64,000 bases of DNA, from NCBI RefSeq assembly GCF_026571515.1, contig NW_026855204.1, positions 248,001 to 312,000 on the forward strand, written 5' to 3'. The stretch comes from Ruditapes philippinarum (Eukaryota). A program made the translations under genes and the position numbers. Every line of letters begins with the position of its first letter. The stretch's first letter is position 1. Below are positions 40,201 through 52,900 of the stretch, piece by piece. The notes beneath the pieces were generated by a model that saw nothing but the letters and a program-made list of their open reading frames with translations, was not told the DNA's origin and searched no databases.

Positions 40201-43200
40201 TCATCATTTTGAATTTTAATCCTCATAAATGTGGACATCTTTATAATGCAGAAAAGGATGATATCCACCTTATATCTGTTATCCATCTGACTTGTTTATT
40301 GAAGGCCGATTTTTCCTTCAACTTGACTGCTCCTGACTAACTATTTTCTAACTAGGGATCGTCCTTGGTAGTGCATTCAGCATTGGACTGAAAATGAGTC
40401 ACGTGGTCCAACTTTTATTATCTTTTGAAGTACTGAAAGCAGCACGCCTCCAGATTCATGCTCATTTTGATGAAAATTTGGAAAATGAATTTTAAAAGTA
40501 AATTCTTTTGAAGTGCACAACAAAATACATATTCTAATCGGCACTTAAATTCTACCACCCAAATTACCTAAAAGAGGTGAAAGTAAGTAAAAGTTAGTCA
40601 CGCAGAGAAATATGATGATAAATACTGCAAAACCAGTCTTAGATCCAAAGTAACATGCGAATTATTAACATATTTACTTTCCTTAAAATCTTATTACTTT
40701 TTTTTCTCAAGATTGAATTTCTTAAAATATTTGGGCTTATCTGGAGGCGTACAGCTTTAAAATCTAATAAAAGAACATAATATATTTTCAGTATGTCATT
40801 GTCCTGGTACTGATTCTGATCATCGAGTTGGCCGCTTTCATTCTCTGGTGTAAATTTTACTTTGGGGTAAGTGTTGTTTAAAATGAAATATACTAAACAC
40901 CATTTATCAAATTGTCAAATTAAAAACATGTTTAAAAGAGAACATTCAATATATATTTAGAATAGCATATAAAACCATATAACAGATATAAAATATGCTA
41001 TACGAAAAACGATACTACGATACAACTGTATGTGATGTTGTGTGATGCAATACACTGTGATGTGGTACAATAAGATATGTCGTGGTGCTAAACATGTGAT
41101 GTGGTGCTATGTAATGCGGAGAAGTAAAATGGGATGCGGTGTAATGAAATGTGATGTGGTGTAATGCATTGCAATGGGATGAGGTGTAATAAAATGTGAA
41201 GTGAAACAATAAATGTGATTTACGGTCATGAATATGAGAAAAATTCAGCCATGTGCGGACTCATGTGACACGAGTTTTTATAACTTACATTGTAAAACTC
41301 GCAAGACTTTAGATGTCTGATATAAGTCTGTGTCACACATACCATTAAGGCGTGTACAGATTCTACGCATTGACTTTTCTTACTTCTTAAAACAAATTTC
41401 ATCATTTTTACATTTCGAATACTTCGATTAATGAATATATCATTTAGATTATGTACATGGCAGGTTTTCTATATTTTATTGCCCTTTGGCTATATGTAAT
41501 TAATTATCATTTAAGTTAATTACTAGACAAACTGTAATCGATGGTTAAAGTGTACGTGCCAGATATACTGAAGTCACCTAGTGACATGATATAAAATATG
41601 TCCGTTTAATATGTTAAATTCACGTAATACACATTAAAAAAAGCATCGAACAAATCATATCAGATGGGAGTACGTGTACATTGAAAAATTCATTGATTAG
41701 TCATTGCAAAAATATGACATTTTCATAAGTTGTGATTAATATTTTAGATAATATTTCAAACCATGCATAAGCCCCATTTACATTTTTGGTAGAAAAAATA
41801 TATTTCGTCTGTTAATTAAATTATAAAAATTATGTTTTATTTGAATACAATCCTATTTGAACAGCAACATTGTTTTCCTGTTTTTATTCAGTGATATAAA
41901 TTTGTAAGAATTTCGCCGATCTTATATCTTTAGGAATGTATAACTCTTTTAAGAAGCCTTTTCTTTGATACTTGCAACAATTTTGGAAAAATGTGTATAC
42001 CATGGGCATGAAATTTCGTGGTTGTTTCGTGGTTGTGTCAGACAGACTTTTGTGGTTTCAAGAAAGTAAATTGCAAATAACATGATGAAATAACTGTGCA
42101 GCAGACAAAATAAAATTTCATTGGATCTTACATGCATAGATTGACCTATCAACAAACCCTACGGAAATTAGCGTCTCACGAATAATGATTTATCAGTAAT
42201 ATAACAAGCCTGCAACATTTTCAATTTCGTCGTTTTGTGCGTTCTTCAGGGAATCTTTATTTCTCTCTATTTAAACAATTATCAACCGTTTCAATAATTT
42301 CAGACGAATAATTGGTTAAAGGAACAGTTTAACAACTTACTTCGGTTCTATAATGGTGTCCAGGGAGCTACCGATGTCTACTCGAATGGCTGGAATACCA
42401 TGTTTATACTGGTAAATATAACATTATATATTATATACCTGTTCCTCACAAGGTTATTTTGATAAGCGAGTGTTTCTCACCCTCCATTTTATGTTAACTT
42501 CTTAAACTGACATAATGTTCTTTTTTCATTGAGCTGAGCTGAATTGGCTATAATAATATATTTCAAAAGATTGAGTGTTTAAAATTGATTGACTGTTATA
42601 ATGTTGATTGACCAACAGTTGATATTGGAAAATATTTAGGATAAAATATAAATTTGCCTACATTATAAAGACTGCTCCACTCCTTTTTTTATAAATTGAA
42701 CATCGACGGATATTGTCAGAAATTTCTCTGGGTCATTTGAATATGGTTTATCGTTAATGCGAAGTAAATTATAAAATTGAAAGAAATTATGGTAAAATGT
42801 AAACTTATTTTGACTTTCGTCTGTACCCCTGGGTGAGCATAATGTCACTTTGATTAATACCAAATATGATGCCTAGATACTACTAAGGTGTGTTCTTTTT
42901 TAAGCGTTATAAGAATTTAAATGTGTAGTTGAATTATTTGGACATGACCATGTTTCGTCTGTTACAGTTGGACTGCTGTGGTTCATCGCCTATCTCGACG
43001 TTCCGAAATGACTTTGTGGCGCTACAGACATATTGGTGGTCGAACCCGACCCGTCTGCAAGATCAGATCCCGTACTCGTGCTGCAAGGAAGCGACCATTC
43101 AAAACTACAGGTTCGGTAGAAACCCTTTGTGCACACAGGCCGGGCAACAACAGCTATATAGACCAAGGGTAAAGTTTACATACGTGAAATGCACAGTCAC

Positions 43201-44140
43201 TAAATAATCAACTTGAAAGAATCTAAATAATTATGTATGCCGTTGACCCGTATTTTCGGGGATTTAACGTTTTTATTTTAATTAAGCTATATTTCAAGAG
43301 CATTATTATGAATATTTATCACCATTCTATGTGGTTTACCTCTTTTAAACGCATTCTAGCGGTAGTATTAAATAGAAACAAGTGTCGGTAAAAATTTGAC
43401 TGCTTTTCGGATAGGCAAATCAATTGCATAAGCTGTCATTCGCGACCGGAAATGACGCCACGAAAATATGAGAACCCCCGGAAATATAAGAACTAGTAGA
43501 AATTATGTTCAGGACCTCATAGAAAAAAACTTGGCCATATTCCGTTGACAACAGACATTCTTATTTAATGAACATAATCATACCAAATGAGTTAATGATT
43601 CTTATAACAACAAATAAATGTTGAGCTTTGATAAGTTGTATCTTGTGATGCCACATATATTATTGTAGTTGTTATTTTTATATTTAAGGGGTGTTACAAT
43701 GCCTTCCGTGAGCTGTTCAGCAACTTCTCCGCCGGTGCTATTGCCCTCTCTGTGCTACTTATTGTAACTGAGGTGAGCTTTTATAACAATTATTAATCTC
43801 TTTTAAGTCAACAACTTAAATTACCTAAAAGTAATATTTATCTTGTATAGGTTCAAATTATGTTAATTTTCAAGATGTTATATTTATTATATCTATTCGA
43901 CAGACTGAGGAATACGGACAAAAATGTATTCAGAAGGAAGTAAAATAAGGGAACCTGTTAACATAGCTATTTTTATTACTATAACTATTTTTTTCGCTTC
44001 AGATTTTAGCTATAATTGCTGCTATTTTGATGATCCGTGCCATCAACAAAGAGAAACGTGGCTCATTGGATACTACTAACAGTAACGTATACAGGAAAGG
44101 CGTTCATGAAATACCTCTTCCGGATTCCAAGCCGCGCTGA
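37260..44140 (+). CDS. Tetraspanin (~303 aa, 7 coding exons)
   Basis: Exons 37260-37334, 39552-39782, 40792-40866, 42304-42411, 42968-43168, 43689-43772, 44003-44140, all phase 0. Four hydrophobic segments; the large loop has CCG, PYSCC and GC motifs (6 Cys). Confidence 0.9.
38552..38890. mobile_element. Kolobok-like MITE, family copy 2 (tetraspanin intron 1)
   Basis: AAAGCAGCATACCTGCAGATT start; shares AGCCCTTACA and AATCGCAC blocks with copy 1. Confidence 0.6.
39170..39530 (+). repeat. ~35-bp minisatellite abutting the tetraspanin exon-2 acceptor
   Basis: Recurrent TTTTCCTAGATTCATTTTGAATATACAAA. Confidence 0.75.
40434..40760. mobile_element. Kolobok-like MITE, family copy 3 (tetraspanin intron 2)
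   Basis: AAAGCAGCACGCCTCCAGAT ... ATCTGGAGGCGTACAGCTTTAA. Confidence 0.68.
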
Positions 44141-45400
44141 TATTGATGTCATAATGCCATGCTGACTATAATAAACACGATAATACCATTCATTTATTCC
44201 ATGATGCTATTAAGATAGCAATATAATGCCAATAACCATACATATTATGAAAAGATAATCACATTTTAGTAAAGTTACATGATAAAATAAGACGATGACC
44301 GTATCATCTATATACAAATCATTTTGACCGCTTTAAAGTTTAATTTACGTATATAAACTACGATAGTCTGGTATAATTATTCGTGAAGTAAAAGACAGAT
44401 TGTGATACAAAAGTATATTAATTACAGTGAAATTCTAATATCCTAAATAAAAAACAAAAAAAATTATATAATGGGAAAAAATGTTTGAAAAAAAATTAGC
44501 TAGGTGCAAAAAAAATGCAAAATATCTTTAGTTGTTTTTTTTTCCTCCACAAAACGTGCTCAATATGAGGTTTGATATAACTGTATATAACTCCACATGA
44601 CTTTCAATGTCAATTAAATGCATAATGTCATTGTAGATATATCATACATTGTATTTGTTTCTTTTTAGTTAGATTATTTTTTCTATACGAGACTGATGAC
44701 GTAGATTGCATAGAAATATGCTATTTTAAGAGACAATAGGTGACAAACTGAAATTCTAAACAAGTTGTTTAAAATTCAAAGTTTCAGTTTCGCATTAACC
44801 CTAAACCAGCTGAATTTGTGAAATGGACTCTTCCGGCTTCCCTATTCTAGAACTGTCCATTATCAATTTTAGCGAAATCAAGATGAAAATCTGAAGTTGG
44901 ACAACAGTCAGCGTAGTCAGACTGTACGGACGTGCAAGCTGGACTTGTTCTATTACTGTGGCAAAGGCCTATCATTTCCGGTTCCAACAGGTTAAGGCTT
45001 AAATGATAGATGATCATGCATGGAAATATAGAAGTCGTCTTCTAGAATTTGTTTAATATTACGGGTTTTTATTAACACTAATAATAATTCACCAAGACAC
45101 ATTTACTTATACATGTTTTTATTAACACATTCACTATGTAACGAAACAATAAAAATCAATGTATATTTGCACATTTGCATTTGATAGAATAAAGATTAAA
45201 TGTAGTTTATGTTGTTGTTTCCAATGATATACGAGTCATATATACAAGTGTGAAACTTTTACGTCACTTGGATTACTTATTTTATAATAGTCAGAAATTG
45301 AGATATCATAACAGAAAATTTGAGAATCCTTCAATATTTTCTTCTCTTCTTCCAACTCGATAAACTTATTCCACGTTATCAAAAAATATGCAAATGTGCT

Positions 45401-46666
45401 TTACTCCCACCAAAAACTAACTGAAAAACTGATGGAAATCGATTTCACAAAATGCCAGAACTTTGGTGGTATGTACAACATTTCTCCACTTTTCAAAACA
45501 CATTCCACATAACTTGCATCTCTGAACTTCGGAAATTTCTCAAAGTTTGGATTCTCGACATCTATTTGACTTGTATTTTTCAGTAAAGTTGTATCATGTG
45601 GGTATAAGTTATCTGTTTCAGACTGCGGATAAATTCGTATATATTTTTCTCCCATCACTTGAGCTAGAAAATTGTGCTTCGGGTCATAATGTACAGGTGA
45701 AACTGTCCCTTTAGGTCCAAACCAAGCGTTTATATCAACGTCCTCGCTGTTACCGAGGTAACAGTAATCCGGTGTAATAATATCATTCTGTAATTCAGGT
45801 ATCTGATTAAACAGCTGATGTTGTGCTAAATATCCTATATCAGTTTCTCTTGTCTTCATTTCGATGTATGTTTCAATAAATTCTCGAACAGTCATTAATT
45901 TCTGTGACCATGAATCGTCCGTGTATTTGGACCCTAATTCTATAGGAACTGTCCGACATCCTGCAATTTTCTTAATGTAATCTAAAGTCCATTTTCTGTT
46001 ATCAAGAGCTGGCCAACCTTCCATAACATCAGTAATGATCACTGGAGTTTCCGTCAAGTAAAAGTCTCGTCTAAATGTCTCTATTGACGGACACGAAATT
46101 CTCTTCATACACTTTTCATCAGACATTGATTCAACAAGATCATCCTTAACAAGTTTTTGACGTTTAACAGTCTCATTAATTTCATGTTCAGAGTCTGAAA
46201 CATGTTTCTTTTCCTCAGTCTTCTTATGATCACTGACACATTCTAAACTTTTCTGAAAGTCCCTATTAAGATGTGTGCATAACCTAGCAAGTATGTTATC
46301 TAAAAAGGGAGCTCCCATTAATAATCCCATGTCACAAGACTTCATGATATTGTCAAAATTAAATCTATCGTCATCATTTCTTAGGAGAACATATTCACTC
46401 AAAGCTTTTACAACTGAAACAAGTGTGTATGAATATCTCCAACTTATATTGACATCTTTCCAATGTCCTTGATTGAGTTGCTCCCATATAAAATCTAACA
46501 ATATTTTACATATGCTGATAGTTTCCTGGAACTTTTCCGATGAAAAATCACTGAGGGCAGATAATATTTTTGCATCTACTGCTGCACTTAACACTGTATT
46601 ATCAACCAATTCTTTGTACAGGGATGTGAAATCTAAAGCGTAGAAAGCTGCCAGGTCAGCGCACAT
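45401..46666 (-). CDS. KDM8: JmjC domain protein JMJD5/KDM8 (arginyl hydroxylase/peptidase)
   Basis: Uninterrupted ORF with WEQLNQGHWKDV, DMGLLMG, RTVPIELGSKY, GYLAQHQLF, INAWFGP, HxD (HYD)...H and the terminal SVSFWW typical of JMJD5. The start is placed at MCADL (46666) because a pyrimidine tract plus CAG acceptor lies at 46680-46705; the ORF track starts at 46684. Confidence 0.92.
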   Translation of the reverse strand: MCADLAAFYALDFTSLYKELVDNTVLSAAVDAKILSALSDFSSEKFQETISICKILLDFIWEQLNQGHWKDVNISWRYSYTLVSVVKALSEYVLLRNDDDRFNFDNIMKSCDMGLLMGAPFLDNILARLCTHLNRDFQKSLECVSDHKKTEEKKHVSDSEHEINETVKRQKLVKDDLVESMSDEKCMKRISCPSIETFRRDFYLTETPVIITDVMEGWPALDNRKWTLDYIKKIAGCRTVPIELGSKYTDDSWSQKLMTVREFIETYIEMKTRETDIGYLAQHQLFNQIPELQNDIITPDYCYLGNSEDVDINAWFGPKGTVSPVHYDPKHNFLAQVMGEKYIRIYPQSETDNLYPHDTTLLKNTSQIDVENPNFEKFPKFRDASYVECVLKSGEMLYIPPKFWHFVKSISISFSVSFWWE

Positions 46667-47225
46667 TTTGCGTTCTCTCTGCATGCTTTGAAATGGAAAA
46701 AAAGATTATCAGTGAGCACTTGTATTACTGAATAATGACGCTCGCAACAGTTTTCAGATAGACATTTAGACAGAATAAAATTTCTTTCATATATGTTATT
46801 TAAACCAAAGGTCGTTTTAGAATATGGCAACAGATTCATTTTAAGGGGAAAAAATGAAGTTGCCGATCTGGTTTTTTGAATAGTCTCAATATTTCGACTG
46901 CAAGACCGACCGATTTCATAATCTGATTTTTCATAGATGTCTGTCTTTACGAAGGGCGACCATCATCTATATAATTAAAAGCCCTAAAGCGCACAATTTG
47001 TTGGGCTAGTTTTTGAATAATCTGCCATTGGAACTGATGCCATTGAAATTAATTCGTAATTTACTTGTTCCAAGGGCAGATAATTCATTTTCATCCGGCC
47101 TAATTAATAATTATCACTGAGTGTACGTTTACAAAATTTAATGCTCCTAATTAAAATCACTCAGAATATCATCATCGGATATGATGTCAGAATATCAGTG
47201 GTTCGTTCATCACTTTAATCACAGG

Positions 47226-47351
47226 AACTTGAAATTCTATCAATATCAATGATAATATCCAAAATATACCCCCTATACAGTATGTGTTTATTTATACTGC
47301 ATAGGGGGTATATTTTGGATATTATCATTAATATTGATAGAATTTCAAGTT
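47226..47351. repeat. ~126-bp near-perfect palindrome between ~170-bp direct repeats (46881-47050, 47453-47620)
   Basis: AACTTGAAATTCTATCAATAT..ATATCCAAAATATACCCCCTAT and its reverse complement; flanking TAGTCTCAATATTTC.ACTGCAAGACCGACCGA occurs twice. Confidence 0.8.
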
Positions 47352-49924
47352 TTTGTGCTTTAACCATCAAAGCAATTATGATAAGCAAAGTTCATTCTTT
47401 AATCACAGCAAGTAGTAAAATCGCACAGAACAACAACCTTTCATATTAAGTTAGTCTCAATATTTCCACTGCAAGACCGACCGACTTTACAAACTGATAT
47501 TACACAGGCGAAGGGCAACCATCATCTATATAATAAAAAGCCCATTAAGCGCACAATTTGCTGGGCTACCTTTCAAATAAAAAAAATTGCAACATAACAT
47601 AATCGAACTGATTGTTATATGTACTAGTATGCAAAATTGTCGTACCTCATATTGTCGTCGACAGAAACAGTTTGACCGAGTACTTTTCTATATAGAACAG
47701 CTTGTCAGTTATTATACTAATTTAGCCAATGCTGAAGCATATTCATCCACAGTCCCTTACTCTTTTTAATTCCGATTAGAACTCAAAGCGGCTTTGATTT
47801 ATGTCATTTTGTTTAATATTAAAATCATTTCTGGAAACCGGTTTACATTGCTACAAATGGCGCACATGAATAAAAGGGAAGTAACTATTGTATAATAATG
47901 CATATCAAAGTTCATATTTTCTCACGCTGGTAGTTATCAATCTAACAAAAAGTAGCTCACCAAGATAATTATGTAGAATCATACAGTAAACACGTTTTAA
48001 CAATTTATAGTCTTAAAAGTCCCCAACAGCTGTTAGAATTATTTTCACATTTTTGACAATTAAAATTGCATTCTTGGTCCGAATTTTCTCTTCTTCAACA
48101 AAAAATATCAACAGAAAAAAAGTATAATATATAGAGTACAGATCTAGCTTAATTACTTTTTTTGCTTTTGTAAAATGTTTCTATGGCAAAACCACTGCAG
48201 AAATTACAAGCCGGTCAATTAGACCTGCAGTATGTCATTTTCAGACATAGGGGCCTATTATAATTGTCCGTTGTCTAAATGAGGGCAACAGAATAACGGA
48301 AAATTAATATATAAATTATATATTTCACCGTTTGCAATCGCAAAAATATCGGCTCTTGGATAAGAGGCCTCGTAAGTAGACCCAATCGCAACTACTCGGC
48401 CCTTTCCGCCAGTCTTCGGATAAGGACCTCGAACACAATAGTATGAATACACAGAACGGATGCGGTATTTCGGTCTAACCTACGCTAAGAAATTAAACAT
48501 GTAAACAAATGGTAATTTAATGCTGGGAGGTGTTGACAAGTTTATTTCCAATATATGTAGTTAAAGTCCACCTAAAATAAGTGAATTCATAGGTTAAAAA
48601 GAAAACAATACATTATTTATATATTTATTATTATGACGGTAGAAACCGAAAGTACAAAAAACCAACCTGTTGACATATAGTCGGATTTGTTTAAAATTGA
48701 ACATCAGTGGGCATATTTAAATTACAAATTGTTGTCAGACATATTTTCAAGCATAAGAGTACCGGAACAGACATTAGATGTCAAATATATACATTCGTTT
48801 TACAGTATCTCTGTTTCTGTTTACATCTGAAACCACGTGGTAGAACTACTTTCAATCCATATTGTTTCCGAGGTTATTATAGATAATAGCCAAGGCAGTT
48901 CCGAATGCCAAGGCAGTTCCGGATGAAGTAGACCATGTATACAACAACGCAATCCGCCCGGGTAATAAGGCAGAGTTCGCTCGCTCTCCCAACAACTTCT
49001 GCAAACTTTATCTTGATTTAGAAGGAAAATTGCTTTTATCAATTTTAAAATATCACTGTTAATCTTTCTTCCACTGTATAAAAGTGTATCATATTCTGTC
49101 ACTTTTGCCACAAATGAATGTGGCACATGGAGGTCGCTATTTTACCATGTGACTGAAATAAGTTTCAATATGTCGCATTGTTATGTCAAATGTCTATTGC
49201 GAATCGTAATAGCCGAGGAGATCAGATTGTGGGATATTGCCGACAGGTCTAAATCAAATAACACAATGATCTATATCAACTCGTAGTAAGATTATTAGGA
49301 CTAGAGTCCGATGAAATAGTTTATCGTTACTTCACTTGTCAGCATACATTCATATAAAAAGTTATTGTAATTATATTCTTACAATGCAAGCTACAATTTA
49401 TCTAGTACAAATTATCACAGATAGATCTATTTGTATAGAGTCAATAATGCATGATTTAGTTTAATCATATTTTATTGTTAGGTTTTTTCTTTACGAAAAG
49501 CAGATACAAAGTCACAAGCAAACATAAGACAAAACATTAACGAATAAATTTACAGATTTTACATGGATTCTGTAGTTGTACATAAAAAAACATAAGTTTT
49601 GGACAACAATTAAACAACATAAGAGCGTTGGCCATTCCCACTTATTCCATGTGTGCGTCTTTTTACCACTTTTAGTATAGCTTTATCTTTGGCAACATTA
49701 TAATACAATGTATATAATTATACAGATCTAGCCAATCGTTCTACGACAAGATCACTACAGAAATTATATGTTACTTTTATGTTATATACATTGTACATTT
49801 CTAAATGACGGAAAACAGAACACGTGTGTCACAATTTATCATTCATGTAAAAAAATATATTTAAAGCAAAATTTTGATGTCATCTGAAGAATTTAATGTC
49901 TGTTGAATGTACATGTACCACCCA

Positions 49925-52900
49925 CTACCACTCATCTGGGTCACGCTCTGATGCCCAGCCTCTCCGAACATTGCTTCTAGTTGGCATCACTTGTCGGGAT
50001 CGCTTAGTAAACGGGCTTCCTTGTCTTGCCATTTCTTCATTAGAGACACTCCATACTTTCTGATTGGTCGTGTTGGTAACGGGGTTCTCCGTTGGTAGAT
50101 CATGGGCATTTTTACTCTTCTGGTTCGGGTGTATGGCTGTTACCACCGTCGAATCACTTGGCTGCGCTCTTTTTTGTTGTTTTTTCATGGATCTCGTGAG
50201 TTCTTCAAATTTCATGCGCTGGTAAATACAGCCAAAGATTGCAATAATTGCCAGTATAAGAGCCAGGGAGGCGCCGGCTATAAGACCGTATCTATACCAA
50301 TCTTCATTGTCGTCGTCAGCTGATAAAATAATTAAAAAAGTATTACAATGCAAGTTACAAAAACAAGGTCTAGCATGCAATATATCGTTTTGCATATGTA
50401 TTATTCTTGAGAAATAAACCCAACAAAATAACACAAAAATAATTTATATGTGACATTTGACCAAGAATCGCGGCACGAGTATCACAAATAAAAAGGGGAA
50501 AATGCTATCCTTTTAAGTACATTTATAAATAACAATATCTGAGCTTCAAGAATATCTAACTTTTAACTTTAAAAACGTCTTGTTAAAGAAAGATCACTCG
50601 CATATAACAATGTATGGGGTTAAAGGTTAGTCAAGGAACAGTTAACTGTTTCTAACTGACTAAGATTATATTATTGTTAATGATGGATAGTTAAAGATGT
50701 ACTTATGCAGCAGGTTACCTAGAAATAAATGGTACTTTAAAGGCTCATTAATCCTTCGGAATGGTATTTTTCTTATTTTTCAATTATTTGTTGTTTTTTT
50801 ATATTTTCGGTATCTGTTACAGTTTTCAAAAAGTACCACCTATTTTTTGCTTCATTTGCTGTTTGGCATTTGGTATAATCATAGTGATTAAAGTATATGG
50901 AAGTCAAAATACTAAAATATTTACATTTTTCTACCTTCACCGTAGGGAACGTGTTACAGTATCGCGTTTTTCGGTTACAGTATAGAATTTTCAAGATGGA
51001 GGATTATTTGTTGGGAGGACAGGTAGGTGATTTTTATTCCGGTCCATACTACAAGAAGTTTAGTTTCTAAAAGATGTTTTTGTGCTTTGCTTGTAAGGAA
51101 CAGAATCCGGTATCTAGTCATATATTTCTTCAGACCCTGCGCCGCAGATTTATCGCTATATTGTCTCATAAATATGCAGATTTGACAGTTTGAATAATTT
51201 GAATCGAGAGACCAACGCATTTTTCTGCAATTTCGACATTATTTATGCATGCCTAGAAAAAGTAAATCTTCAAAACGTTAGTCCTTTATGTTAGGAAACG
51301 TTTATAAAAGTAAATGACCAGTTGAACCTATTTTCCTGTTCGTTAAATGCGTTTGAAAAAATAAACAATGTTACAGTATAGAGCGAGGTAATTTGTGCAG
51401 GGTTACAGCAATAGACCTAGCGATTTGTATCCGATTTTGTTACAGTTTATACCCAGATTTCGGTTACAGTTTAGACTTCAATATTTTCTATATATACTAG
51501 GTAAAATGTATGAATGTTACATAGACTTTTTAAATATATGTGAGCTTATTGGCCCGATGGCTATATTTTGGCCCGATGGCTATTTATTGGCCCGATGGCT
51601 ATTCGTTCCGTCTGACGTACACAAGTGTGTGCAATCTCAACCGCTCAGTAACTACTTGACTAAATTTGATGAAAATTTACATGACTTTCTACCCAATTAA
51701 GTTGGTTGCAATCGGGGATACGAAAACCCAAAACATAGATTTTGAAAAAAGGCCAATGTTTAAAGGATCTTCTCCATCTCGAACCAAAAAGCATTCAAAT
51801 CAAATCATGATGATCGCGTCATTTCGAATGCTTCTTTGTTGAAGTTACGACTTATTTTGTCATTATTAAATCAAAAGTCGTTTTTTTTATTTCAGACATC
51901 CTGTTATAGCAATTTGTATGTTTCTGAAAAGAAAATAATATTGAAATTTTATAGAGTATAAAATTAAGGTCAGACAATTTCAATATCTTCTCTAGTGAGT
52001 CTGATGGAAGTACATAATAGTGACAGAGTCGGGATAAGGCCGTCGACTTCAAAATCATCTTTCATTTACCTGCTGTAGTTGAAATCCAATCATGACTTTG
52101 GATTCTTTGTATGTGAGGAATCTATCAAGCTAATTTTACGGAAGGTCGGTGGTTCTAGTCAGGTGCCCGCTCGTGTGTGAAATGTTTCACAAAGGGTATC
52201 TGGGGTCTTTCTTTACACTAAAGCAGGAATGTTTTCACATGACCTAAGTGTCGTCGAAACTTAAAATCCATGAAAGCAAAACGTAACAAAATAGAGTTAA
52301 ACAGAATCCCTAAAGAATTCCAACGCAACAAATTTGAAAATGTTTATAAACCCTTTTAAATACTTACAAAATACATTATGGTAGATGGAAATTCCAACTT
52401 GAAAAAATTAAGGTTGCAGTATTGCGCACTTAAATACTGTTTAATCATTCTTAGGGTATTGCCTCTTGTTAATTGTGTCTTTTGACAGTTTATCTATGGT
52501 ATGCAGGCTTCATAACCTCCGATCCCCTCTCAAAATTTCATTTTGTTTAGTTTCACTCATTGTATTCTCGTTTAGGGCACACGCAATGTTTTACCTGGGG
52601 GTAATATGCCACTTTTCATAGAATGCCAATAACGTGTCACATTAAAGGTTCCGTCATATGAACACATCCACAGGTGTTAAAAATCTTAAGTGTACCAGTT
52701 CATGTTTAATGTGAATTCTGCTGAAGCCGGTGCTAGGAGGCGTGGACGGTAGCTTGCAGTTACCACTACCGTCGATGAACACGTTTAATCAAACTGAGCC
52801 TGCAACATTTTCATGTTTTCCGTGTTGGATTTCTGTTAAGGATTCTTTTTTCTCTATTTTATTACTAATAGGCATTATTATAATGTGTAATGAAATCAAG

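Noticed and set aside
41015-41209. His-rich 64-aa ORF
   Set aside because: Degenerate (GTGAT)n simple repeat.
50965-50976. RSS nonamer-like CGTTTTTCGG in the TIR
   Set aside because: Wrong orientation, and the spacing is not 12/23, so no true RSS is claimed.
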